64,000 nucleotides of DNA from Perna viridis. Its lineage: Eukaryota. The stretch covers positions 37,351,586 through 37,415,585 of the forward strand of contig CM074518.1 in assembly GCA_037379345.1 (NCBI GenBank), written 5' to 3'. A program made the translations under genes and the position numbers. Below are positions 1 through 14,175 of the stretch, one piece after another (within the stretch, counting starts at the first letter, position 1; the number at the start of each line of letters is the position of its first letter). Below the pieces are notes generated by a model, which saw nothing but the letters and a program-made list of their open reading frames with translations, was not told the DNA's origin and did no database searches.

Positions 1-709
1 ACAATTATATTCTGTAGGCTGTATCTATGGATATGGAAATATAAGACTGCAAAATTAATCCCCTATACCATATAAGAAAACTATTTTGAAAAAGTCAAAA
101 TTGCACTTTATTTGTAGTGAGTTATCAATTTTCAAGCAGAAGCATAAAAGAACTGAATATCCTACAGGCAATTATAGTATTTTTTGAAAACTTTTCAACT
201 TTAAATGGGACTTTTTTAGGAGTATTTTGCTAGCGTAGTAGTGACCTCCCCCCCACAACACACACAAATTTTTTGCTGAACTCCACTGTTGTAGACAACA
301 GCAGATATAGATTCCAGAAAAGTATGTACAAGATACACTTCTTTGTTATACCTATATGCAAATTGTGAAAATGGATCCAATGACATATTTTATCCTCTAT
401 TTCAGTGACTCAATTACCATTTGAAGATCATAACTCTACACATAAGTAACATAAAATACAGTTAGTATAATCTCATTAGCCCCATTTTCAAATAAACTTT
501 TTTTCCTTTTTGGGAAAAATGAATTAACTAAACTTTCTTTAAGCTAAAATTGAATTGTCTGATTAAGTTAAAACTGTTAACAAAATGAGATTTTTCCAAT
601 ATGTAAAAACTTCCTTATTGTCAACTGGAATGTTGTTTCAATCAGTCACAACATTCAAGTTTGAACTTCAAATAGCTTAAAGTTAGAGGTTCATACTGTA
701 TGAAACTGA

Positions 710-1112
710 TTAAGTGGGTGTCCAAACAAAAATCAGGCAGTGGGTGGCGCATGACCAATTTTGTTTTTAAAAAAAAATGTTCTCTTATTTCATATCACAA
801 ATGCATTCTTTTTCAAAGTTGAATTTTGGTTTTTAATTAACTGCAAAGATTAAAGAGAAATGAATTGCATGGAAAACATTGAAATTCATTGAAAAAAAGG
901 GAGATAACTCTTTACTTTGGGCAAAATTTAGTTCCTTTGTTAGGGAACTTAAAAATCACTTTCAGACCCACCCATAGTCGATTTAAAACAAATTTTATAC
1001 TAGTTGACATACATATCATATACATTGGAACAAAAAATTCATTGTGATAAAATTTACGCTGTGCCACCTACATAAAAGGATCTGCCTGATATTTACATGG
1101 ACAGCCTCTTAA
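710..1112. mobile_element. TTAA-flanked MITE; inverted partial copy at 1521-1870
   Basis: ttaagtgggtgtcca...aatcaggcag / ctgcctgatatttacatggacagcctcttaa; 1521 begins ttaagaggcagtccatgtaaaaatcaggcagatcc. Confidence 0.6.
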
Positions 1113-1235
1113 AATAAAACCTGACTTCCAGAACTGTCAATGTTAACAAAACAAGCTACATAGTTTTATTTGGTAAATAAGCAAACAGCATTGTTTTTGA
1201 TACAAAGAATAAGAAATTTGTAGCACATGACTAAA

Positions 1236-1445
1236 TACTGTGGAAGTATTATTGTATGTGAGGTACCAATTTTTCTTGGTTTTCATGGGTTCAGCAAACC
1301 ACAAAATTTAACTTCCAATGAACAGAAAATTTACCATTCATTTATAATGGAGATGTCATTTCAACAAAGTCAAGAACTTATGAACTGACATTTTTTCCCT
1401 AAACCACAAAAAAAGGTATCAACCAATAAAAGTATTTTGACAGTA
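1236..1445. mobile_element. TACTGT...ACAGTA MITE (relatives at 7595-7793, 32194-32405, more distantly 17559-17744)
   Basis: Shared termini and internal ggtaccaattttcgtgg / ccacgaaaattggtacc inverted motifs. Confidence 0.7.
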
Positions 1446-2313
1446 CTTCCCGTTGTTTGTACAATGCATAGGAAAACATGGATGGAGGGGCAGATAGTGT
1501 TATGTTATAGTGGTAGTTGTTTAAGAGGCAGTCCATGTAAAAATCAGGCAGATCCTATGATATGGATGGCACATGGTAATTTTCCTCCCACTGGATTTTT
1601 TTTACCAATTTAATGAATATACCATATGTATGTCAAAAAGTATTAAGTTCGTTTTGAATCAGCAATAGACGACTCAGAAAAAGACTCGAAAGTTCCCTAA
1701 CAAAGCAACCAAATTTTGCCCAAATTAAAAAGTTATCTCCCTTTTTTAAAAGAATTTCAATGCTTTCTATGTAATTAATTTCTTTTTTTAGTATTGTTGC
1801 AGTTAATCCAAAACCAATATACAACTTTGTGAAAGGATTCATTTATGATATGAAATGGGTAAAAAAATTTGGAAAACAAGGAAATGATGTCCACACCCAA
1901 AGACCAACTTCATATTTAGTGTATACATTCATTATTACATAGTTTTTCATCTGTGAAAATATAAAGTTGTTTCTTGGGTGTGAACATTGTTTTCTGGATG
2001 AAAATATGTCCAAAAAAACATCAAAATTTACAATTCTCAGTAGTTTTTGTTTAATGACATATAACTGTGGTGCCATTATGATGTCTTCACAATGAACTAA
2101 TGCCAAAAAACCTTTTTTGTCCTAATATGAATTTATTTTACTATGTTATGAACAAGTTTAATGTTATTACAACAAAAGTGATATTTTTTGGGCAATTTTC
2201 ATAGCCTAATGCTCCTACATCTCTTAAAATTATGTTTGTTTTCATAAAGTACAATCAATTGACCAGTGAAAGGGAGATAACTTAGATGAGCTTAACTGTC
2301 ATTCGATACATAC

Positions 2314-2389
2314 TTGCTAAAACTGTGTCAAGTTGTTTGAGGGCTTCTGCTAGCATATCACTAGCTTCTACACCGCTGTTCAGATCCAT
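2314..2389 (-). CDS. PPFIBP: First coding exon of liprin-beta (PPFIA-binding protein); gene continues beyond the left edge
   Basis: Minus strand reads aaaATG then MDLNSGVEASDMLAEALKQLDTVLA plus 1 nt, followed by a GTATGT donor at 2313. ASDMLAEALKQLDTVLA matches the liprin-beta N-terminus (SDASDMLAAALEQMDGIIA in vertebrate PPFIBP1, from recall). Possible weak acceptor at 2448-2449. Confidence 0.75.
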
Positions 2390-2620
2390 TTTAAATTGGA
2401 AGAAAACAGAAGCCAATGGACTCTCACTTCAATAGTAGTTTATCTTTCTGGTTACAAGTTACATTTCATACCATCATACTTCTATATATCAAGTCATTGG
2501 TCCCATAGTAAATTATCAATTACTAGTTCCACTATTGGTAAAAACTACAAATGAAGAAAACACATGTATAACTTCATGTATTACATGTTCGGAAAATAAA
2601 ATACAATTAGATGATTTACA

Positions 2621-2817
2621 TACCCTACCAGTGCACCTGGTCCATGCTCCTAGTTTTTAGTGGAGTCCGAGTTGCTCATTTACTTTTGTAACTTTGTATG
2701 TATTATTTTAGTTACTTTATGTTCTTTGTTGTGTTTGTCTGTTTTCCATATCTGGTCTTTGTCCCTGGATTACATTTTTTTATTTCCACCAGGATCTTGG
2801 TTCCCGTGATTACTCTT
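2621..2817 (+). mobile_element. Naiad-type PLE 3' UTR fragment
   Basis: taccctaccagtgcacctggtccatgctcc...gattactctt matches the other copies. Confidence 0.8.
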
Positions 2818-3740
2818 ATATACATAGAAGAGACCTTATAACCACAAGTCTTTCAAAAGAGACAAAGATATTACGTCATTCAGGGTAAAAAAATAATTGC
2901 ATTTCAAGAATTCATTAAAGCTATTTAAAAAAAATAACATGAATTGTAGAAAGTAAATAAAGAAAACTTGAGTTATCTCCCATTGGTAATTTTTTTCTAT
3001 TGTGCTAATAAAGAGTACAGCCTACAAACTAAAGACATCCAATATGGAATAATGACTTTAAATGCTTGTTTATCACATAGCTATCAAAAAGTATAAATTT
3101 ACAATTTATTTTGAATGATTTATTTAATATAATTGACTTTCATACTGAATCCGTCCTTGCATTAAATTTTCGGTATTATGTTGCTGATGAAACAGATATG
3201 ACTTGCTGAAAAGTGCTAATTATGACTAATAATTTCAATAAGTTGTATTTCATTTCATATGATGAAACAAAAATACTGTACTTTTAATGCTAGATAAATT
3301 GTGTAAGGTTTCATCTATTTCTATATATGGAAGAAAAGTGCAAAATTTAATGAATTTTAGATTTAGTCAAGTCAAAATAAGTTAAATCTTATTGCAACAG
3401 AAATCGTTTCAATTCAAATATTTAGCATTAAGCTAAATATATATAAACAGAACAAAGTCTTAAATAATCTTGTGGAAATCTCAAAATAATCATTTTAATT
3501 TACATTGCAAAGGGAAATAACTTTACAACAATAATGTTTTGGGTCAGTTTGTTCAATTTTTGGCAACTGTATGTAGTTATGATACTTTGATGGAGCAATT
3601 TGTTTCTAATTGACCATGTCACATATTTTGCTGACATATGACATATAACACATTTGAAGTAAATTGGGTCGATTTAGTTCATAGGTATCAGTACTTTTTA
3701 AATACAGAAAATGTTTATTTTCAGGTTCCTTCAATCATTT

Positions 3741-3790
3741 TGAAATATTGCTGCTCAGGCGTTAAACCCCAACAATCAATCAATCAATCA
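3741..3790 (+). mobile_element. 5'-truncated tail of the same retroposon with a 12-bp target-site duplication
   Basis: Differs from the 33160-33205 tail by one substitution and one extra AATC unit; tcaatcattttg at 3731-3742 and 3784-3795. Confidence 0.7.
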
Positions 3791-6700
3791 TTTTGGAAAA
3801 TTGGGGAAAACTTGGTATTGTTTATGTCTCAAACTAATTATCAATAGTTTTAACTTTGTTCAAATATTTTTTTAACCACAAAAAGTAGGACATTACTTCA
3901 TCATTTTCATGTGAATTGGAATTCTTGATCTTTGTTTACCTGAAAAGAGCACACGGTTCACTATTTAGTCACTAAATCTAGGCTGTTCTTCAATTAAAGA
4001 TATAACAACTCTTTCAAAGTTGTAGAAGATCCTCTAATTAATGTTCAAATGTCTACAATCCCAACATTTTATTTATCAGATTAGGCATAATTATGATTAT
4101 TGATATTCAGCCATTTGTACAGTTATCTCCCCTTTCCAATGTTAATTTCCTTAAGCTTATTTTTAGGTTACAACAAGTTATATGATATTAGACATTTGTT
4201 TGTCTTTATTTGGGGCATAATGCTGTAAGTTAAACATTTTAGATTTTGAACTTGCAATCTTTTAAAATACCTCCCATTTTCCAAGTGGAGGGTATAAAAA
4301 AGAATTTCTGCTAATTTTCCTTTCCTTAAATGAGTCATACATGTAATACCAAAAAACAACAGTTGAATATGTAGGAATGTAAGGAAAACAAACCAAAGGC
4401 AGTTCCAGATAGTGAAGATCTGTGAGGCCCGGCTCCCCCAAAGCTAAAAAAAGTTCAATTAACTATATAAAAAAATTGGAAATCACATGAGGGCTCCCTT
4501 GGGCCAGTCAGTGCCCCGCCCCCATTTCAGAAAATTTATGGATCCACCATTACAGACTGTCTACATTGAGAATAGTTGTAGTCAAGTTACAAGGTGTTGT
4601 ACACAGCCAAGATGTAAGAAAAAGATAAAAAACAAAATGATTGTAACTTCATAACATGAGTCTTTTGTATCAGATGATAATAAAAAAGACATGCCCAATA
4701 GGGACAAGCAGATCAGGGTCAAAATCATACTTTTAGCTATATCTATTATGTCGCTAAGTTATTACATCAAATAGGAATGAAAGGGGAACAAGATGATCAA
4801 AGAATATATTACAAGAAAATGTATAACAGACATCAATGGAATAAAACAAATACATTGCTCAGTAAAAAAGAAACATCCTCACTATGTCAGGTCTCCTGTG
4901 TCCACTTGTGTCCATGGAACCAATTTGTAGCCTGAAATTGTGAGGATGAGCAAAGAAGCCAGACCAATTGAAATCTGTACCTGCGTCACACTGCAGCTGT
5001 TATTGATAGCGATTGAGAAAAATGTGATAAAAAAGGATGGATATATGGAATTGCTGAACATAATTCCCATAAAAGTTATGACTTATGGTTACAGACCACC
5101 AATTCAACCAATGAGCATTTGGAACGTACGCAAAAATAGTCCTACGCAGAAATTACCCCTGTTCCTCATAGTGCTGTGAAAAAAGTTCTCATCTTATTTA
5201 AAAAATTTAAACAGTTTCTGAAAGGAAAAACATTTCTGTACATTTTATAGGTGCATTTTGCTTCTTGTGATGTGAAGCCTAATCTCCATAATGATTTTTA
5301 AATATACCCCTATCTTGTGAAAACACTGGGATTTCCCATGCTATTTATAGACACTTCACTTCCGGTGACCAGTACTGCACTGCAAGTCTGCTAACCCCAC
5401 ATGCCATTCTGAGGATTGTGAGCTGACATATGTAGAATCATGCTGATATATAGTCCTCTGCAGGTTAAAGTTAAGGTAAAGTCCAGAGAAGCCATTGAAT
5501 ATTGTGAAATTAGCATAGAAGCCTATGGAAAGTGGAATTAGTGGTTTTTAGCCTTATGGCAAATTTCTAAGTTCAATAGGGCATGTTCCATAAAAATAAA
5601 AAAAATAAAAATTTCCCCAAAATATGCACAACTACGTTGATATTCTTGCTACATACCAAGTTTCAGGAATTTCTGTTGAGTAGATTCAGGGAAGTTTCGA
5701 TGACAAACTGATATTTTATCAACAGAACATTCATACCTATTAACATAACCAAAGTTCCTTTGATCTTTCAAACTTTTGCCATATCTCACACAGTAGGATC
5801 TTGACAGTCCAGCCCTTTGATGGTTACAAGTGATGAGAAATAAAGCTATACCTGCATACCCTTACTTTGGTCCGGGTGAATGAACAAAATTAAAAGGGCA
5901 GATACATGTATCTAGTATAATCTTCAAAAATCCAGGCAATTTGCTGGCCTAACAATTGTGAAATCAATTTGGGAAACTTTGGAAAGAGTTTTAATAATAA
6001 GATATAATTTCTACTTCAAGACAAAAAAGAAAATACTGGCTACTTACTACACATGAGATTTCACAGATATGACACAGTGAAAATTTCACAAATCCACAAT
6101 TACATGTACAACAAAATTTATAGCACATTTTTTCATTTAATCAAGTCTTCATGTTATCAATTCATCAATTACCTCCAATCCCATCAATCAACTAAAATTT
6201 ACAATCATCCCTAAAAACTAATAAATCATTCCTTTATGATTAAAATATTACATTTGATTAAAGGAACAAAATGAAAATTAAGCAAACTTACCAAAAATTT
6301 AAAAACAGGTTCCTGTAAAAATTTGAAGAAAAAAATGTCTGTGAGATGAAGCATTAAATCAGAAATTACAGATAAGATAAAACGATCATGTGTATTTTTT
6401 CTGCCAAAGATTGGTGTTACCATTATCAATCCTCATCTATTCCGATTCATAAAATTGGTTTTGTAAAAATAGTATCATAGAAGATAAAAGAAGAGGAAAA
6501 CAAGATATATAGTACTTCTAAAAAAAGATTGGACACAGAACACAAGAGTTTTTTTTCAAAATTTTAAAGTTTATGATGACCTATCTCAAATCAGTTTTTT
6601 TTTTTTGCCAGTTTGAAGTACAAGTCTTTGAAAGAACTAAGCAAAATGGAAAAAGTATGTGAAACATGCATGACAAAAACCCAATGATTTGACAGTATAA

Positions 6701-6921
6701 TATCACTCAAAGAGGTCTTCCCTATTTGAAATAACCACCACTGTTTGATTTGATATCTACGTCACTGGATAATTTTCATCAAAATGTAAGAAAATGTATG
6801 CATTTAATAGTGTTATTTCCCAATGAATTTTTACCATATTCTCCTTGGGAAATATTAAAACATATACATGTAGAAACATTTCATTAATAGATACCAGCCA
6901 CTTCATTTGCAATGCATTTAA

Positions 6922-7133
6922 GGAGGTAGACCTAGGGTAAGGGAAACAACTCTTGAAATCAGTAATATGTTTGTATCATATTCAATTACACCAATGCCTA
7001 TCAAGCTTTCATTTGAAACAGAACAAAATCAATCCAAGTTATTTTGATGCTTACATGAGATTGATGTAAAATACTAAGTACAAATGTTCCAATAATTTTT
7101 AAGAGTTGTGTCCCTTACCCTAGGTCTACCTCC
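6922..7133. mobile_element. TTAA-flanked MITE (Kolobok-like), copy 1, nested in another MITE
   Basis: TIR GGAGGTAGACCTAGGGTAAGGGA...TCCCTTACCCTAGGTCTACCTCC with TTAA on both sides; GG...CC termini favour Kolobok over piggyBac. Confidence 0.8.
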
Positions 7134-7282
7134 TTAAATTAAATAATAACCCATTTTACCAAAATGAAATAGAAATTCTTGTCTTTATTCCGTAATTGTC
7201 ATAGTACAATAGTCAAATTACACTGTCAAAATGGCAAGCTATTTTCATATCATGTTTAACCGATTGCCTGATTCTTACAGAG

Positions 7283-7514
7283 ACTAACACATAACCTCCA
7301 CAATTTTAACACACCTGTCCAAATTAAAAACTTCTTGACTTCAGATTCACACCTATTATATAAATCGAAAAATGTAATGTACCAAAAACTTTTTTTTTAA
7401 GATTGAGTTAACTAACACCATTTTCAAACACCTGCCTTAATCTAAAAACTTGTTGATTTCAGATTCACACCTGCATATATATCTAATGTATGTACCAAAA
7501 GCACTTTTTTAAGG
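7283..7514. repeat. Diverged ~115-bp tandem pair
   Basis: actaacac...cacctg...aaaaactt..tga.ttcagattcacacct...tgtaccaaaa...ttttttaag occurs twice. Confidence 0.65.
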
Positions 7515-9957
7515 GACCATGCCTAACATGCCCTGCCTAAATCCACCACTAAACATTAAGGACTGAAAGTATTATCAGTATTTGTATTACCAGATACTGT
7601 AAAAGTACTATTGTTCGTTGGGTACCAACTTCCGTGGTTTTCATGGGGTTCAGTAAACCATGAAATTTGGGTCCCAATGAAAAAGAAGTTTCCCATTCCT
7701 TTGTATGATACACGAATTCAAGAATCCACTAACTGAAATTTTTTTTCCAAAACCATGAAAATTGGTACCCACGAATAAAATAACTTCAAAGTAACAGCAT
7801 TCTTTGTTTCACTATCCAGAAGCGTCTCTTTCATTTTCTACTCCTCCAGGCTTGTTATAATAGAACTGTTTATTCCTGTTTGAAGTGTTATAGGCTGAAT
7901 ACTTGCAAGTAGGTACTAATGATTTATATGATAAGATGACTTAAAAATGCACCGGGAAAGAACTGCTTATTTTAGACTTGAACTAGAACTGCACTTAATA
8001 CAACCATTCACCAATTTGAGTGCTTAAAACATAACAACACTTGAACAAATCAAAAACTGAAGAGAGAATCATCTCATCGAAACAAACCATTTTACAAAAA
8101 TGATGATCAGTTGCTATGAAATATCATGTTATTCCATGGTATTCCATGGTCCCTACATGGAAAATTGTTCAAATTTTGAAAAAAAGCACCTTAAAGATTG
8201 TTTCATTAATAACAAACATACATATATACTTAGAACAGACAGACAGACTTTGGTATAAAATAATGTCTAGAAAAAATAACATCGGCAGATCCAAAGGGAG
8301 GGGAGCCCAGATACTCCTTTATGCTTGAAAAGTTTGTTTGATTGTATAAAAAAAAAAGAAAGCCACTGGAACTGACCTCCCCTGGGCCAGTTGACAACTC
8401 CCCTTTCGTAATTTCTGGATCCACCAGTGAACATGATCACACTGAAATCAGGTGCAGCACTGATAGCATGATAAACTCTTACACCTGTAATTGTGATTAA
8501 CTAAATTTATCATCAAATAGTAATATTCTAAGTAACAACTGAAAACAAATGGCCACCCAAGCACTTTTAGATAAATAATTAATTAATCAAAGCAGTGGCC
8601 TGTACCCTGTGTATCTGATTGCTTTGATATACATGCAGTGCTTTTATTCCTACACTGCAATGGTGAAAACAGAGAAGATTCAAAGGGATATAACTCCAAG
8701 AAAAAACTTGAAATACTGAGTGTGTGTGTGTAAGCTAAAAATGAAGTACACAAGCTTTATTCAAACTTCATTGAAAACCAGTTGGATTGTATTATCTTGC
8801 AGGCAAGTGGCAAATATTATCCTCCTTCATCTACAGCTGCAAACAGAATCCATCAAAGAACATAGGCATGATCACTTGGTATGATCTAACCTTGTAGTAA
8901 CAATGAAATAAAGTAGATGCACTTGTCTTTATCTATTTTTCAGCAATCAACATCAAAGAGTTTTAGAACTGGGAGTGAAATAAAAAAAATGACTTGTCAG
9001 GGGGCAGTTTCAGAGGTGGTAAAGGCAATTTAAACCCTAAAAAAAATGTATATTTTTATATTAAATATTAACAAAAAAACAATTCTATCAATTGGAAAAA
9101 ATAAATATTTTCTGCATGAAATCAGGATTTCCAAAATAATTTCTCCTGTCCCCACTCCCACCCTCAAATGTATGTGCCATCTAACCTGAATCTTGGATTT
9201 TACCCAGCATGTAATATATTTTTTTTATGCAACATATTCATAATAATCATTGAAAATTTAAAGAGTTATATAATATGGACATGTACTAATATAATATACT
9301 CACTGGGAGATAAAGTCATTCACTATTAAAAATTATCAGAAAAAAAAATGTTCCAAATCTTGCATACATCAATAAAAGCATTTTATAACATCAATTTCCT
9401 GCATATTTTTATCATGTTCTATATATAATTAAGAAAGATTCAGATTCTAACAGGGATAACTTACATTTTATCTCATTTTATCAGAAATATATGATCTTCT
9501 TCCAATATGTTGAAGCAAGTTTATTGCCAATTGATTATCCAAATGCAATTCTGAGGCTTAGCGGAAATTCTGGACAGACAATAAAATAAATTGGTAATTA
9601 TTTCACTTCACCAGGGTCTGTATACAAACAGATCATCAAAGATCACTGACAAGAAATTATGATCTTTTATTGTCTGTCATGAAATGGTTCCAGTAAACAA
9701 TGAGCACATCAAGATAAAGTAAAAATAAACAGTGGTGGATCTAGAAATTTGAAAAAGAGTAGCTGCATAGAGAGATCCAGTGTTGGCGCACCCTCTGCTT
9801 TTTTGAAAAAAAAAATAGTTGTAATGAAAGAAAATTACTAAAGTGTGACAGTATGTGCCCTCCTAAGTCATTCATTCAGTGTGCTCTCCTGCTGAATCTT
9901 CTATTCCTGTATTTTCCTGTATTTTGTAATGCATGTCTTTATATACATGTACAACAA

Positions 9958-10686
9958 TACAGTCAAACCTGTCTAAGTAACCACCTGTATAGAGCAATAA
10001 CCTGTCTAAGTAACCACCTGTATTGAGCAATAACCTGTGTAAGTAACCACCTGTATAGAGTAATAACCTGTCTGAGCAACCACTTGTATTGAGAAATAAC
10101 CTGTCTTAGCAACCACCTGTATTGAGCAATAACCTGTCTAAGTAACCACCTGTATTGAGCAATAACCTGTCTTAGCATCCTCCTGTATTTAGCAGTAACC
10201 TGTCTTAAATGACTATGATTAAATATTTTTATGTAGTGCATTCTATAGTATTATTGAGTAAGGTTTTCCATATTGGTTGAGTTTTGGTCCGAGGCTAACC
10301 ATATTGAACTGAGGCCTAGTTGAAGTCCAACATTTCTAGCCGAGGACCAATATTACTCAGCCAATATGGAAAACCTTATGCAATTATACCTTTATTGACT
10401 AACTAGTCCAATATACTAGGCCAATATGGATTTTAGCCAGTCCAGTATGACGTATTGGATGGGTAAAAGCCATATTGGACAGCTAAATCCCATATTGGAC
10501 TGCTAAATCCTGCATTGGCACAATTTTGTATTTTGTATTGTATTGGCAGTTTTTATCATATTTGGGCTAATATTCGAACGTTAGTCAATAATATGTTATA
10601 TTACTGGCAACCTGTATATAAAGACCACCTGTCTTATGTGGCCATGATGTTGCTCCTTTCAAAGTCATTTAAGACAGGTTTTAACC
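9958..10686. mobile_element. TA-CAGT (pogo/Tigger-like) MITE with internal ~33-bp tandem array, interrupted by an insertion
   Basis: Starts tacagtcaaacctgtc; ~7 copies of aacctgtctaagtaaccacctgtattgagcaat (9968-10208); resumes at ~10605 and ends agacaggtttt. Confidence 0.7.
10249..10593. mobile_element. Nested non-autonomous element with 13-bp inverted termini and a 120-bp internal palindrome
   Basis: tattattgagtaa...ttagtcaataata; hairpin taaggttttccatattggttgagt...actcagccaatatggaaaacctta (10259-10378). Confidence 0.6.
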
Positions 10687-11461
10687 TTACTCTCTAAATA
10701 ATAAAAGTAACTAACCTGAACTATCTATACCTATCATCCAGCAATGAAGCTATTTGTTTAGTATGCCTATCAAAGAAAATTTATGTTAATTCAATTACAT
10801 TCCTATCACATTAAAATATACATGTATTACATGTAGATAATTTATGTAATAAGTGTGACAAGGAATAAATCATGATAATAAATAGACAACCAGTTTATAC
10901 AGCCTTAGGTGTATAAAATCTTTTTTTTTTCATTGACATATTTAATGAGTGGAAAGGGGGAGGGGGGGCGGGTTTCTTAATCCTCCTCTTAATAGTGATA
11001 TATTTTGTATAGAATTATTCCATGAAAATGTGGGGTCTTGCAATCCTCTGTCTAACATTACATAATGCATAGATTTATTGCAGGCAAATTTGTAAAAATG
11101 GGAAGGGGGTCCTTGCCATCTATGTTTAACAGTGTTGCCTGAACATTTGGGAATATCATTTTTGAGAAGTATTAAATATGTATGTACACATTTTTATTTT
11201 GCTTTATCTGATTTCTGTCTGAAAATTATTATCAAAAGCATGACAATTCTATTGCTTACTATTTCCATAGTCTTCTACGACTTATTTTCCCAAAAAAAAA
11301 CATTTGTTTTGATCATTTCATTATGATGAAGAAATTAAAATGCATTTTAGGTCTTTAACTTCCCTTTTAAGATTTTTCCGATAGATTATCTTGCACTCAA
11401 ATACACAACAACCCAATAATCTTTATATCAAACATCAGAATCAACAAAAAACACCTCTTAC

Positions 11462-11506
11462 CTTAAAGTTTTTCTCTCCTCAGCAGCAGGTGTTTTTCCT
11501 TCTCAC
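11462..11506 (-). other. Candidate 45-nt non-coding 5' UTR exon of liprin-beta
   Basis: Branch-like ctaat, tttttt...aacag acceptor and AAG|gtaaga donor; all three frames contain stops. Confidence 0.45.
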
Positions 11507-11962
11507 CTGTTCCAATAAAAAAGTAATTAGTTATGCAAAATTAACCTCATTTCCATATAAAAATTGATTCTTGATTCAGATTTACCCATTGAGACTGTAT
11601 CAATATGGAAAACAGAGGTTAATTTCTTTGAAAGGTGTTACAGTTTTTTATCGGGAAGATCGAGAAATACAAATAAAAAGCAGAAAATGATATTACACAC
11701 CCTCCCCCATCAAATGAGCTGTTAAAAACTAAAACTAGTCCTAAATAAAAAACCTTCCATCATGGAACATTCAAGAGGGATGCTATCATCAAAATCATCT
11801 ATTAAAATAATTTCTACAAAATAGCCATACAGAAAGTTCTCTTTCCCTGAAGTTTTTTCAATATTGTACTTTATTGAATCGATGTCTACTTAAAACAGCA
11901 AATCCAATTTTTTTTTGGAATTATAGGCCAAGTGAAGCAAGTAAAAAAAATCAAGATTCATG

Positions 11963-12101
11963 NNNNNNNNNNNNNNNNNNNNNNNNNNNNNNNNNNNNNN
12001 NNNNNNNNNNNNNNNNNNNNNNNNNNNNNNNNNNNNNNNNNNNNNNNNNNNNNNNNNNNNNNNNNNNNNNNNNNNNNNNNNNNNNNNNNNNNNNNNNNNN
12101 N
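11963..12101. other. Assembly gap
   Basis: Run of N. Confidence 1.
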
Positions 12102-14063
12102 NGGGTTGGGGATGGAGACTACATATGCTAGGTATGCCTCCCTATGAACCCAGACCTGTTATGGGGTATGGGAAGTAGACATACTTATAATGTTATATTC
12201 TGCAAAACAAGGTCTGCATGTTTTGATTGTGTTATCCAAAAATTAATGACTGCAAAAAATGGTTGAAATTATGACAAATTATCATTTACAATAGATTCAT
12301 CTTCTATGTTGTAATTTTGGTTACTTTTTGTCAAACTTTTACCCAGAAAAAATGATAATTGCAGTCAAAAGAACAAATGAATGAATTTCCAACCTTCAGG
12401 GGACAGCCTGCTATTCATAAAACTTGCCCTTTGAAGATCAGTCACAAGTAAAATACAACTCTACAGACAAAACAAATGTAGGCTTACCTTTAATATTCTC
12501 CCAACCATTATCAATATTCCCTCATCAAAGCTATCATTTCATTAGAGTGAATAAATACAACATAGTAGCGACTTAGGACTTAGAAACTTAACTTGGTAAA
12601 CAAAGCAATTACTTATGCCCACAAGAAATACCCTCCCCCATAAAACAAACAATTTGTACCTATAGACGAAAGGTTTACATTGACCTAAACAGATTGTGAT
12701 AGTCAATTAAGCCATGGTCCATTGGCTTGGCTGATTATAGCATTTACATGATCATTATCTGTGATTTAAACTTTCTCTAAATCTGATAAATTTGAATATC
12801 TGATTTTTTGTGTAAAATGATAACATGTAGATGTTACATTAAAACAACTATTTAGGAAAGTTCTAAAAGTTTTTAAAGACACTTGATGGTTAATAATTAT
12901 AGTCTAAAGGAGAAAGTTCAGTAAAGACCCCTTTTGGCCTCATAATCTGGGCTTTTTTGAAAATTTGATTAGGGCTGTTTTCTAGATAGTAGCAGTTTAG
13001 TATAATGACGATAAACACAGAATATAAGATGCTTTAGACAAGATTTTGGACGCTTTTTCCCAGAAATAACAGTATGCATTTATGTAACTTTCACAAAAAT
13101 CTTGAACTTTTAACACTACTGCAATTTTTAAGATGGTTTTTGTGTGGAACAGCAGTGGTCACACATCTGTTGACGCAAGATATTTTTACACAAGTTGTAA
13201 CTGACAATTATACACAAAATATATGAAGCAAGAGAGTCAACACGCATCTGGCCATTGTTAAAAAGAGTGAAAAACTGCACAAAATTTGGTGTTTTCCAGC
13301 TTTTTTAACAGATTTTCCCAATCTCACCAAAGTTTGAAGGGCATATATTACCACTTATGTTCAAATTATTACCATAAATCAATCAAATCAACAATAAAAC
13401 AAAAAATTTTCTTCATGATGACTTTGTTTTAGAGGCCAATTTATGCCCTTACCGAACCAACTTCTTTGTTTTTCATCAATCAGTTCTAATTAAGTATTGG
13501 ATACAGATTTTGAAGAGATGCATTTAAAAAATGCAGAATAGGGAAATAGAGTAGCATATTTCTTGGTGAAATCAAGCAAAAAGTCATTTTCTTTCTCATA
13601 AGATTTATATTGCTTTTCAAACTAAGCATAAAATAAAGAATTGTTTCTGGAGCCTGTGTAGGCAAGAAATTTATATTCAATATGCAGACCTATGTGCTGC
13701 TAGCACTTGGGAGCTGGCAGGATTTATCAACATTTAAGAGGCACGTGGATGTCAATGGATTCAAAAAGTGTAAGGGAGGAGACAAATTATCATAAATGAA
13801 AAGAATGTGACAAATTAAGTGCTTATTCTTTGCAAAGATGTTTTTTGCTTAATTAAAAGAATTACATCATAGTATATGTATTACCAGGGGTACATCAAGA
13901 CATTTTGTAAAGGGGAAGAGATCCAAGCTATTACTTGCTTATATATGTAAAAGTTCTGCACATTTTTTTCCAACAAAAAAGGGGGCATCAGATTCCCTGG
14001 AAAACTTGATCCATTTCTTCTGATCTGCCACTGTGTACAGATAATACTGCTAGGTACAAATAC

Positions 14064-14138
14064 CATGGTAAGATACTGTATAACCCTCATGGTAACATAC
14101 TGTGTAACTCTCATGGTAAGATACTGTGTAACCCTCAT
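14064..14138. repeat. 3 x 24-bp minisatellite
   Basis: catggtaagatactgt(a/g)taaccct repeated. Confidence 0.8.
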
Positions 14139-14175
14139 TAGATGACGACAATCAATTACACATAAAAACATGGAC

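Noticed and set aside
9963-10241. ORF with LRQVIAQYRWL repeats; also a CRISPR-like look
   Set aside because: It is a 33-bp tandem array inside a MITE, with no unique spacers, no cas genes and eukaryotic context.
11874-12178. ORFs spanning N runs (also 47144-47530)
   Set aside because: Artefacts of assembly gaps.
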